Shown one piece after another: positions 26,141 to 38,155 of a stretch of DNA of 64,000 nt. Numbering within the stretch: position 1 is the first letter of the stretch; each line of letters starts with the position of its first letter. The translations under genes were made by a program, and so were the position numbers. Origin of the DNA: Ostrea edulis (lineage: Eukaryota); contig NC_079165.1 in the NCBI RefSeq assembly GCF_947568905.1, positions 27,962,001-28,026,000 of the forward strand, given 5' to 3'. A model generated the notes under the pieces. The model was given only the letters and a program-made list of their open reading frames with translations. It was not told the origin of the DNA and did not search any database.

Positions 26141-26406
26141 AGGCCAAAATAATATATGTGTGTTTCCTATTTCACTTCCCCAATTTTTTTAAAATAGGGT
26201 AGGTAGGTAAAACATTTTATTTTATTAAAACATTTTATTAGAAATAGTTTACAAACATTTTAAAGATCAATAGTAGTCAAAATGTAAATCAAAGAAACTC
26301 GAACATGAAAAGAAAAAAAATTCCGGAAGTTTGTTTTATATATATATCATCGCTAGAGTATTTAGGGTTGGGAAACTGGAAACGCACATATATTCTATTT
26401 TGGCCT
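26141..26406. mobile_element. MITE with AGGCC ends (Kolobok-like, tentative)
   Basis: TIR aggccaaaataatatatgtgtgtttcc / ggaaacgcacatatattctattttggcct; internal gggtaggtagg. Confidence 0.65.
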
Positions 26407-26461
26407 TATTAGACATGTTAGAACACCTTCGTTTTTGAGAATGCTGTAAAACAATCAAATG

Positions 26462-29018
26462 TCAAACAGCCACTGGTTTCAACAAGACAGCCATCATTTT
26501 GGAGTCGTTAAAATTATCCACATTTATGTTCAAGGCCAAATGGTTGCCACGGGAACAAGTGTAGGTGGGGACTTGTTCTACTTGAATGACATTTTCCTCT
26601 TCATCGAACACAATCACTGCCGCTTGAACTCTTGCTTCCCCATTTACCGTCGCCGAATCATGGCAAAAAATCTGTAATGTCCAGTTGTCCCCGTTTTTGC
26701 GGTAGGTGATTTTCCACTCCCCTTCTCGTTTATCCGTGGGAACTGGTCCTGCGTAGGTTCTCACGTCCACCTGAATTCCAAACCTCAACGTGTTCTGCAT
26801 CCTCACCGTGTCCACAGCCAAGTCCGTGTAATTTCTCGGCATGTAAAACGGATCACTGAACGAGATGTCCAGCTCCATCTGTGTGGGGCATAGGGAGCGG
26901 AATCTGTAGGCTTTCCCGACCAGAGCTAAGATCAGATCTTTACATTCCTCATTCTCCGTTATCACAGACTTCTCGATCTCATACAACTGATTCACCATCA
27001 TCTGTGGAAACCGAATTAAGGGAAGCAATTTTTTGGCATTTTCTTTCAGTTGCTGTAAATTTCCATCTTGATTTAACCACGTCAGGAGTGAATTAAATAG
27101 GACATACTCATTGGGAATGACCAGTTCTTCATTCTTTAGCATGTCGTATATAAAATCAAAATCCATGAATTTCCACTCCTCTAGTTTTAGTAGATTGTCG
27201 GTGTTCCAAGCAATAGTCTTTGCACACTGATCAATAAGGTCGGTCAATCCCAGAGCTTTTGACCAGGGATACCATTGCACAGCATTTTTTATTTTCGGTG
27301 ACCTAGAGTTTTCCACCATGTAATTGGTACACAACTGTTTCAGGGATGTGACGTTATATTTGTCTGCCAAACACAAAATTCCAACAGCTATTTCAACAGT
27401 AACCATAACTTCAGCCGTGTAAAGAAATCTCAGGAATTTTTCAAACACGGACTGACATTCGGGCGTTTCACTGAGTACGATTTCTGCCATGTTTTCCTGG
27501 GACCAGCGACTCTCGTATAACATGGTTCGAAATACATCACTGGACTTGGCCAAGACAAACTTGTGAGCGAAAAAAATGTCCTCTCCAACTTTTAGCTTGA
27601 CATCGCTCAACGCTTCTTGGTTGAAGAACTGCGACACATTGTGGATAAAGTTCACCTCGTCCTTTAGAACATGGCCATCATGGTCCATAGAATTCATGTT
27701 CTCTTCCATTTTCTGAAATGATGCAATAGAATATCTTTTAAACAGTTGGTCTATTACATATTGAATATTTTCTTTTCTCCAAACAATCTGAATGTAAACT
27801 ATTTCAATAATAGTATTAACATCCTCTAGAATTGAACGATTCACTTGGATTAAGGAATTTCCTCTAGCATTGAACATGAAGGAATGATTCACTTGGACAG
27901 AAGTAATCATTTATTTATATATACGTTATTGTAAACACTGAACAAATCACTGGAGCAATGAATAATAGATATTGAAAGATTTCATACCAAAGATTAAATC
28001 ATGCTTATTTGCATCTGCAAAGTAACTTAATTTAAATCCTTCATCTCAATCGATCCACAGCTTAAAAAAGAGATTTTTTGTATTTGTTATTGTGCCAAAT
28101 GCTACATATACATATGTTTCCAAAAGATATTATATTTCAGAAACAAAATGGGCTCGGCCCGTTTGATCAGCAATATACTGAATACCCACTGTTCTACCTG
28201 GTCTCCTTCCTGTGAACAAGCAGACAATTGAAAATGCTAATTCCCCCACTACACAGAATTAAATCTCTAACTTTTTTGTGACAATGAGGTATTTCTGGCA
28301 GTAATGAGTGAGTAATGACACAATATTACTCTAATTAACAATTACTCTAATTAACAAAAACATAACAAGGTTGATCCACTCTCCTAGGAATTCCTACAGC
28401 ACTATAATTACGAAATATGTCACACGTCTGATGAGTAAATATTTATGTATAATCAAGGTTTTGTTTTGTCTGAATTTTACCACACCAAAAAAAAAACCTT
28501 TCCCTTATCAGAAACTACCAGTTTTACCTCTGCTCATTATTGACCAACTGTCATAGAAGCAATTCCTTTAAGTATACGCAAAATAAATAGACTTTCCACC
28601 TGTATGTGTCCCTACAGAAAAGATATCAAGTGGAATGCAATTCTGAGAGTTTTTTGTGTGACCATAATCACTTGTTCCTTGACCACCTCTCCTGATTGGA
28701 CCTGTCACCTGGCGATTGATTGCCCACTTTAATGCACAATTATTATTCATTCTTTGTCTGGTGCTTATTTTGGTCACTCATTGTCCTTGCTTTTGGCCTG
28801 GTCACTTAATCACAAAGAGTTGCGATTTACCTTTGGTTCACCTTCCCAACATAAACTGATTGACATCCACATTTCATAATGAGTTTATCTAAACGATTCG
28901 ATTCGTACATCAGCATCTCTACCTTATCAGAGCTAGTCCTGGGACTGACCACTTCCTCCACATCTGAACTCTGGCCCTCTGGAGGAGCAGGATTAACAAG
29001 ATCTGGATTATCTCCCAT
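26462..29018 (-). CDS. BTB/POZ + BACK domain protein, BTBD17-like
   Basis: Main exon 27712-26462 (acceptor catttcag) encodes LSDVKLKVGEDIFFAHKFVLAKSSDVFRTML...FEKFLRFLYT...LADKYNVTSLKQLC...LPLIRFPQM. A probable upstream exon 29018-28842 (MGDNPDLV...VYVGK) joins in frame to give 475 aa; otherwise the start is ATG 27709 (415 aa). Candidate non-coding exons lie at 30593-30396 and one ending at 35410. Confidence 0.88.
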
Positions 29019-31869
29019 TATATCACTTCCCACAGAGGCAATACACTCACGCTTCTCTCACTGTTGGACAAGCTGAGAGAAGTAAAAACTTACTAATCTT
29101 CCACACTCCTAATAAATCCTCCTTAAGTTTTATGCATGACCTGTAGGGATTCTTTATCAAGCAAACAAATCCAGTAAACAAACTGGGATATATTATATAC
29201 TAATAGGATTAATGATCCACTCTCCAGGGTCAGCAGGTTAATTAAGGTGGCTTGTAATTAATTCTTCTGTCTAATGTAAGTTGACTCCACCAATGAAGCA
29301 GAAAAAAACTGGTTTCATTCACAGATCACAGCAGGTCTATACATATGATGACACAACACTGTATTAAACACAAATTCCTTCACCTCCCACATAGAATAAG
29401 AAACCATTTAAATTGATTAATGTTGACCCCATACAATTTGACAATGGGAAATACGGGTTAAATGACATCATGGATGAGCGACTATCATCACCTGTACAGG
29501 TGTTTTACATATATATAAGGTCATACTTAACATTTCATGACAGAATCATTTAAACTCTCAATGTAAAGCTATTTAGAATAAATTGAGTTGACTGGTAATT
29601 AAGTTTATAAAATGCCGAGAAATCTTTTATCAGTACTGCAACACGCACTTCGTCTCACTTCATAATACTCATTTTTCATTATTTTAAGATTAAAGTACAA
29701 TTTTCCACATTTTACTTTGTGGAGTGATACATTGGGGGGGGGGGGGGTATATAATGCACAACAGTTTTTAATTTTACAAAATTGATTTTTTTGTTTGTCC
29801 ATTTCTTGCTACAAAAACCCCACATTAAATCAATAGTCATTTTCAGGAACTGGGTTATAAGGTCATCAAGTTAATCTCATTTTTCAAAACAAAGTACACA
29901 ACCATGAAAGCAATCATTCTGATGATAATGTCCCAAAACCAAAGCAGGAAAAAACATGTGAAAATTTACTAACACAGAAACTTTTGTTTCATGTTTAAAA
30001 TTCCGAGGTTTCCAAGCTGTTTAATTGCCTTTGCCGATGTTACTGTGCATCCGACGTAGCACAGCGTATCCGATTTCTCTGATCTCAACCATTAACTTGA
30101 TATCGAGTTTGTGGATCACAAAATTTGTCAAAATATGAGATTTATAACATTATTTCACAGATTGTCAGCTTTAATTATTTTCCTGACTATTTAAACATTT
30201 ATATGACCCAGGCAGTATTTTACCTACTTGACGAGCAAGAAAGGAGTAGATTTAATTAATTTACATTTCAAGTCAGCTCTACAAGCAAATTTTTCAGTTA
30301 TTTCTTTGTTTATGAAAAGAAAAACCGAGAGCAAGAAAATGTAGCTGAAATCTGAACACTATGGACAAAAAGAAACACTTGATAATACTTCTTACCTATG
30401 AAATACTTTTTTACTACAGGCTGTGAGGCTCTGTGTTACAATTTAAGATGAAATGGCCTAGTTCCATCTCCAAACAAAGTCTGTATCTGTCAGAACAGCT
30501 GTTTCTGGTTGCACTCCAACATCTGCTGGTCATGTGACCTGTAGACAGCCCCATCGATAATCCATTAAATTCTGTGGTTTCTTTGTGCGAGTCCTGTTAA
30601 AATGTGAGGAGCTGAAATGAGAAGAGTGTCTCAATAAGCATATAATGAAGAAATTCACATGTATCCCTTTAAACTGACAATATTACATGTTGTTCCTAAA
30701 CACCTTTTTAAAGTCCCCTTTGACAGGATTATACAACAGTACAATGAATCAGTGGAATGAATTCATAGTTATATTTAATTTTTCTAAGAATGAAAATCAC
30801 ACTGAAATGAATGAGCGAGAAAAAGGCTCACAAACCTTTAGCATGAGATCAGTAAGAACCGGTCCTACTTTCTGAGCTACAAATATCTGCTGTTTCAATG
30901 ATCTTCAGTCCAACTAGTCTAGCAGATATCGAGTTATTTTCATTATGCATTATTCACTGGGATTTTCAGTCCTTATGAAGTTGAAGTTTCTAACTTTTGC
31001 CAAAAGCAAAGGGCATATTTCGTCATATATTTATGAAAGGTTGACAAAATCGAAAGGTTTACAATACTTACTCAAAATTAGGTCAGCACCTATATCCCCC
31101 TACCAGAAGAAATATGTGATTTAAAGATACTAGGTTTGAAAAAAAACTTATACATAACTATATGTAAAACTTAATCGGCTGAATTGTTTATTGTTTGTTT
31201 TTACATCCTATCACAAATTTTTCACTCATATTGAGACATCACCAGCTGTAGGTGAAGTGCCACAAATTTAGACCTATGTGCGGCCTTCAGGGCCATAGCA
31301 GGGAGCATTCTTTAATATGCCAATGCTAGCCATGACATTTTCAGAGGCTTATCTGAGAGACAAGAGACTCTCACTTCTAAATGCCAAGCATTTGATGAAG
31401 GAGCAATCATTGCCTATTTTTATGCCCTCCATCAAAGAAGAGGGGCATATTGCTTTGCACCTGTTGGTGGGTATGTTAGTAGACCACAAGTCCACTCCAT
31501 ATCTTGAGAACTATTCACTTGATCGTAATATTTCATATGTGGGTTGGTTATGAGTAGAAGAGGACCCCTTTTGATTTTGTGGTCATGTGGTCAAGGGTCA
31601 ATCCAATCTGGGTATAGGAAGATACTGTATGCTCAATATCTTGAGACCCTTTGCTTAACAGACATCAAACTTGGTACACTAGTACATTCCAAAGGAGTAG
31701 ATGACCCCTTTTGATTTTAAGGTTGCATGGTCAAAGGTGAATCCACTCTGAACTTAGGAAGATATTGTCACACAACAAACTCAGATCTCATGTTTTTAGA
31801 AAGAATAGTAATATCATTGTTGTTGTTGGTTCCTTTTTATTTACATGCAGGTGTACGGATATTGTCCAC

Positions 31870-32190
31870 ACTAGTGGGCCCCCTTCCAGGTAGCTGGCTA
31901 GCTGCACGCATGTCAGATCTCACCTCATTTTTTCCCGATCATGAGGGGCAGCAGTAAAGAGCTTTCATTCTCTACGATTTTTCTCCGTCAGCTCTCTCCA
32001 TGATAGCATTGGCCAACCAACTCTACGTCTCCCAGGAACTTGTATATTGAGAGCGCACTTGACTGCACTGCTGGATCTGACAACGTGGCCATACCAGCGG
32101 AGTCTCCTTTCCCTTAAAGACCCAAATAAAATACCTTAAGGTTTCTTCACGGATCACTGGATGTGGGCAGAGCTCATCTATGGTCATTGT
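31870..32190 (-). mobile_element. 3' fragment of an RTE-clade LINE
   Basis: Reverse complement contains gagactccgctggtatggccacgttgtcagatccagcagtgcagtcaag (RLRWYGHVVRSSSAVK). Confidence 0.7.
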
Positions 32191-33141
32191 TATTTACCTA
32201 GCCAAGAGATCAGGGTGCTGTGTATACTTTTGATGTACTCAGGAAGGGTCTCAGGGCTGTCTGCAGTGTCTCTGTGGTCATAGTGTTTGTATAATGGTTG
32301 TATCCCTATGGCTAGATAACACAGAGTCTACACCACCCCCTCTTTCTTTCTTTTACTCTCAGTCATTGGCTCAATGAATAATTTCTTTTATAAATATAGA
32401 ACTACCATAAATTGATAATATAAATTATTTCAATAAGTTACAAGTTACAGAAATTAATGGGGAAATTATTGTTTAATTTCTGATTGTGTAATTTATAATA
32501 CAAGTCTATAGAGGGGGAAATTACAATTATATTAAAATTGCGTTGTTCAGGGGTCTTTTTAAAAACAATTGAATTACAAGAAAATAGCAGTTGTGGACAG
32601 GTCAATGCTATCAAAACTCTAGAATACAAGGCTTCCTCAAGATCTAAAGAATGCCTGCAGGTACTGGCTGTTATTGTTATCAAAACACCTCTCTGGGGTA
32701 GCTCTAGACCACAGTTTCTGCAGATGTCACTCCATATGAGATCTATTGTTAAATGTTTGATTGACAGACGGCTAACAACTTGGGGGTGTTACCTTAAAGT
32801 TGGGTCTTTAAGATGAGGTCAAGGTCATTGTTTAAATAACCTTCTTACTAATGACTTATCTCCCCTTGGAAGGCAGAATTTAAATTCAATGACGGCTAAC
32901 AAGGCATTTAGTGATGTACTTGATTCAGTGGAAGGTTAAATACCCTAAAATGAACACACCGATTAAACATTGACAGTATCTTCCCCGTCCTCCTCGTCAT
33001 CAACAGATAATTATGTTCCTCTTCATCATTGATGTCCTCATTTACACCAGTTTTACCTCTACAACTGTTAAAAGTTTCATAACATATTCCTCTGTAACTG
33101 TCAAAGCACTTCTCTGACATATCATCTAATGATCTTGAATA

Positions 33142-33511
33142 CAGTGATTTTTCTACATTTCTTACAAGGGTTCTGTGGCATTCGATTTTTATTGGGAAAA
33201 ATTGTCTACATTTCATTCAATTGGGAAAAATCAATTTTATCATAAATAAAATTTAAAATAATATCAAACATTATATTATCTTTAATTTACACATCTAATT
33301 TTCTTTAACCTAACATTTTCAACTATTCTATCCAAATCATCATTCCCATAACTCTTTGTTAAGTATAATGTATATAATTTTTTTCGAATACGTTTTCCTT
33401 TCATAATTTTATTATTGGGAAAAATGCAAGCTATTTGGGAAAAAATTGGCAATTTTTAGGAGGGGAAAGGGCCGAAATTCAGACCAAAAATGGGCCTTTA
33501 AAAAATCACTG
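33142..33511. mobile_element. MITE with CAGTG ends, ttgggaaaa subterminal repeats and 5-bp TSD
   Basis: cagtgattttt ... aaaaatcactg; flanks gaata/gaata. Confidence 0.85.
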
Positions 33512-34000
33512 GAATAGTACTTTACTCCAGTTATTGAAAGTCCAATGTTCCAAGCATACAAAGAATAGTGGAGAGTTGAACTGTTCAGTGATACTGTTTC
33601 TCATTGTATGGAGTACTACAGAGTTCTTTTACTCTCATAATTTGACTGGTCCTGATATAACTCCAAGTCCTTGACCATTGACATCTGTAGACAGACCTGT
33701 ATCTTCAATGGCTTACTCTAATCATTAATTGAGGTAAAACATTTCACGTTAGTCTTCAAATCCTGTCAAATACTAATTGTAATCTGTGCATATGTTCCTT
33801 GAATATCCTGGAAAATGTCATGATGCAATCTGTGAACATGCTTTCAAGTCAAGACCCGGGTATTTCTTGTATTAACCTCTAATATCTAGCAGGTGCTCCT
33901 GTCAATCCAAGTTACTAAGTGGCATTCAATTAAATTCATCGAGTACAAGTGGGCCATCCAGATCAACCGTACAAGTGGACCATTGACCGTACAAGTGGTC

Positions 34001-34502
34001 TAGGGCTGCAATGGGTACTCGAAATAACCGAAAACCGCAGATCGTGTTGTTCAGGTTGGGTTCGGTTCCATTTTTCCGTATTTCGGTTCGGGTTTGGTTT
34101 TTAAAATAAAATCATTATGTCGTCAAAATCCTCAAAGGTGGCTGTATTTTGATCAATTATTAAATGATGGCATTGTCGACAAAACTGTAAATAATGACAG
34201 ATATATGTAAGATATGTCAGACGCATTGAAAATATGCCACAGGAGCAACATCGTCAATGACAAAACATTGAAAGCATGGATGAAAATAAGTAGAAGTGAC
34301 AATGCCGTTGCTAGTACCATGGATGTTGAGTCTAAACCTTAGTCCATGTCCTCGAGTAATTATTGTGACAAAATGTTTTTGATTTTAACTGTATATTAGA
34401 TTCTTAAAATAGTTATATAGACCCGAACCAAAATACCCGAACCCGAAGTAAAAAATTTAGAACCAACCCGACCCAAAAATTTTTGAAACCGTGACAGCCC
34501 TA
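34001..34502. mobile_element. Non-autonomous hAT element inserted in a 20-bp minisatellite
   Basis: TIR tagggctg/cagcccta; 8-bp TSD aagtggtc; host repeat cattgaccgtacaagtggtc (~33938-34570). Confidence 0.9.
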
Positions 34503-34601
34503 AAGTGGTCCATCGACCGTACAAGTAATCCATTGACCGCACAAGTGATCCATTAACCATACAAACTTGTAGTCCTGTACATGCAGCTCTTTCTTTGCAT
34601 C

Positions 34602-34969
34602 TGTAACAGGAAGGGAGAAAATGCAACAGACCAGACCTGGAATTTGAACCCGGGCCCCCAGAATCTTTAGTCAGGTGGTCTACCAACTGAGCTAACTGGC
34701 CAACGGCGATCGAACCCGGCTGACCGCTACATTCCTCCCTCCTTAAATGTCTTCACACCTGAAGACATTAACCCAGGATCTTTATCCCCTGGCAGGCATT
34801 TTCACCTGTCAGTTCCAGGGGCTGGTCAACAGCACCAAATGTAACAAGAAGGGAGAAAATGCAACGGACCAGACCGGGATTCGAACCCAGGCCCCCTGAA
34901 TCTCTAGTTAAGGTGCTCTACCAACTGAGCTATCTGGCCACTGGCGATTGAACCCGGCTGACCGCTACA
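34602..34969 (-). mobile_element. Miniature LTR retrotransposon (TRIM) with tRNA-like cassettes inside its LTRs (Helenus-like)
   Basis: Two 130-bp TGT...ACA direct repeats (34602-34731, 34840-34969). PBS-like tggtgctgttgacc 2 nt after the 5' LTR, PPT aaggagggaggaa before the 3' LTR, 4-bp TSD catc. Each LTR holds a cloverleaf with A and B boxes. Confidence 0.9.
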
Positions 34970-35409
34970 CATCTTTACCTGGTGACAATGACTGAAAAGA
35001 ACTTATATCTTGCCATATGGCATCCATCTCTTCAATCAATTCTAAAAAGTTATTTTTTCACATTACATAGATCTGATATTATGCAAGCATGGATGTTCTC
35101 CATGAAAAGAATCAATACCATGTTATCTCCTCAAATGTTGATTTTTTTTTTTCAAAAAAAAAAGATAAACAAGCACTGCAATAATGATTTTATTGATAAA
35201 AAGCCTTTAGCATTCAATTTACCTAATTTTTATAACCTTCAAAGTTCAATATGCTTTATGATTGTACGTGCTACATGTAAATTGATCTCCATTAATTATA
35301 TTTTAAGATGAAGAGGAAAGCTAAGAATAATACCAGATCTGACATATAGACCTATTGTTGACAAATGACGATATAATTCAGTCATGCATGTGAATCATAA
35401 AATACTTAC

Positions 35410-35725
35410 AGATCGTACAGGTGTAAATATACTGTATGCTCACGAATATCAGCTGATCACGCTGCCATAGAATCCCGCATTTGTTTATATTTACATGTCA
35501 CGATTCAGTAATCGTGACCTATTACTTTAAGCAAAACTGGAACACGCACCCATTCAACTAGAAAAAATGCCCTCGTCGACGAAATCCATTACTGAAGTTT
35601 ATCTGATGCGTGTTTGGCGGTTCTCATAAACCGGAAGTGACTGTCACAAAATGAAAGTAGACAACGTGTTACAGTGCAGTTGACTGTTGCACAAGTTTGC
35701 AACCGTCGATTAAGACCGTGTAAGA
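35410..35725. promoter_or_regulatory. Probable bidirectional promoter and first non-coding exons of the BTB gene (minus) and ALG11 (plus)
   Basis: Locally CpG-richer. ETS site CCGGAAGT at 35631, inverted repeat gtcacgatt-N4-aatcgtgac at 35497-35518, and outward-facing donors (minus gtaagta at 35409, plus gtaaga at 35720). Confidence 0.55.
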
Positions 35726-37751
35726 GAACCTGAGCAGATTATGTTTCAACATTATTGTTTGTAGCTGAGGTTGCTGTGACGGAAGCTGAAATAGGTCCAG
35801 CACAATCCAATGAGCTTTGTTGTTCATATAAAAATTATGACTTACTTGGTGAAATTAGCACAGGCGCTTATGTTTCAGCTATGCTATATAGGCCTATGCC
35901 TATAATATTGTGTTATTATATAGATCTAGCATAGCTTGCAAAGTTTATAAAACAATCGCCTGTGGAAATTAGTCGTATTTAATTGTGTAGGATCGTAGTC
36001 TGTGTTTTGGGGTGAAATTTGTCAATATGAATGAGTGACACAGCAGATGCTTTTCATCTCTTTTTAAATTAATTCTATCAGAAAAATAAGAAAAAGAAAC
36101 GTAAGAAATCTACTTTGTTGTTACATAGGTTTGTACATTATGAAAATATTTATTGATTCGGGTTTTTAGGTGTTTACCCAGGTAGCACAAAACGTTTTCA
36201 TAACATTGTATTCCTGTTGTAAGGATGTTATCGGAAAACATTACTAACAAAACATTTTTATAATGTTATAATAACATTTTTTTTTTCAGTTGTAAAAACT
36301 TTATAAGCAAACGTTTTTGACCAATGTTTTAAAATCATTTTGTCATCGTTTTAAAAACATTATTGAAAATGTTAGGATCATCTTTCTTTTAAACATTTGA
36401 AAATACGTTTTCAAAACGTTTTAATAATGATTTTAAAAATATACTTAATATACTATGTTTTTCAAAAAGTGACCCAAATCAAAGTAGTGTTTTAAATATA
36501 TTCTTTTGAAAATGATTTTTTTAAAATTACATAATATTAAAATATTGCCAGCCAACACAAATATAACATCCCAGATAGAATGACTACATTGGGCCAACGT
36601 TGGCAAATGGTTGTACCATTGGCAGGTGGTTGGCGTTGGGCATACAACATTGGGCCAACGCTGGGCCAATGTTCGCATGTTTGCGTAATTTAAAATACTT
36701 GAAACATTGGGTTTGAAACACAATGCTGGCCCTATGTTGGCCCAACGCAAGTAAATATTAATGTTGGGAATTCTACGTTGTCTCAATGTTGGCCCAACGT
36801 AATTCTAAAGCCGATGTAATGTCAGTCAAAATGATGTTTGAAACATTGGCCCAGTCGACTGCAGTTTAGCATACATACATTCAAGAGTCAATAAAGTGAT
36901 TATTAACTAAAGTTCTCCAAATTAAATATTATTTTAATAGCCATTGCATAATTAAACTATATTTCAAACCATAACTTTCCGGATATTTTATTTCACGTAG
37001 ATCTATATTAATTTTTTTTAGAATAACATACATTTTGTGGTGGTGCTTACAATTGAAAGAAAATAAAGAATTAGAAAGTTTTGAAGTTTAAAATTTACAC
37101 CGTATCCTATTAACGTTTGTACACTAACACAACGTCATCACAGTTCAGATATGACGTCGTATTTTTTATACGTCATTATTGAGATTGAACACTGAACGAA
37201 AGAAGCTACAGTACTAGTCCTGGATGAAACATCAAAATGTAAGTAATTTAGTATTGAAACTAGTGTAGATCTAATATGTGCTTTGATATAACTTAGAAGT
37301 CATTTTCAAAAAGTAAAGCACTCCAAATTATTTGGATTAAAAACAAATATGTAGAATAGATTCTGAATTGTTTGTGTGTGTATTGTGTGGAAAAAAGAAG
37401 CCAAATGTTTAGGCACTTTTTAATAGTTTTAATTGAAATAAATATCACCACTTTAACATGATATTCACGATTTCACCCATTCTCAGTTAATGTGTGCATT
37501 GCTGTCGCCGACGATTCATAATGTTTCATGAAATGTTATTATTTCTTAAAAGTTTAAGAACTTTTTCCATGGAAATTAACATACATTTACCCATTGATAT
37601 GTAAACATGATATAGTAAGGACTTCCGTTATGTGCAAAAATGAAACGTACGTTACTGTCACCAGAGCAGGTATCATATTTCAGAATCAGTGATGTAAAAT
37701 TTACGCATAACAGCTTTGTTTGCTTTTTAGATAAAGTTAGATAGCATGAAT

Positions 37752-37836
37752 CACAGGCAATTGCATCGCTTGGGGTCGAATGTACTATATAAAGAGTACA
37801 TAGTAAATTCGACCCCAAGCGATGCAATTGCCTGTG
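37752..37836. mobile_element. 85-bp hairpin MITE with perfect 30-bp TIRs and 8-bp TSD
   Basis: cacaggcaattgcatcgcttggggtcgaat / attcgaccccaagcgatgcaattgcctgtg; TSD gcatgaat. Confidence 0.9.
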
Positions 37837-38060
37837 GCATGAATGAGACAAAACATGAACTTCAAATCATATAGCCGATGTTATATACGTAATTCAAAAT
37901 ATTGAATGGACATTCAATGTGTTGTATATCAACCCCACTCGATAATTATCAAAATTATGATAATCAAAGCCAAAAGCTTAATTGGTGCTCCGTCTGTAAA
38001 AACAAAAAAGAAAAACCCGGGGAATTCAAACATAACAATCCGAAATTTCGCTGCATTTAG

Positions 38061-38155
38061 ATGAGTAAATTACGTCAGTCATTTACTGCGAAAGAAAAGT
38101 TAGAAGTAATTGCATTTGCCCAAACCCATGAAAATCGTGCAGCATGCAGAAAGCC
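38061..38155 (+). pseudogene. pogo/Tigger-type transposase N-terminal HTH (Brinker-like) remnant
   Basis: MSKLRQSFTAKEKLEVIAFAQTHENRAACRK, followed by degenerate sequence. Confidence 0.6.

Noticed and set aside
27713-27910. N-terminal 66 aa of the listed 482-aa BTB ORF
   Set aside because: This is AT-rich intron sequence upstream of a clear acceptor (catttcag), open by chance.
34866-34939. Functional tRNA gene
   Set aside because: The anticodon loop is 8 nt, the copies are diverged, and the sequence is embedded in LTRs of a mobile element.
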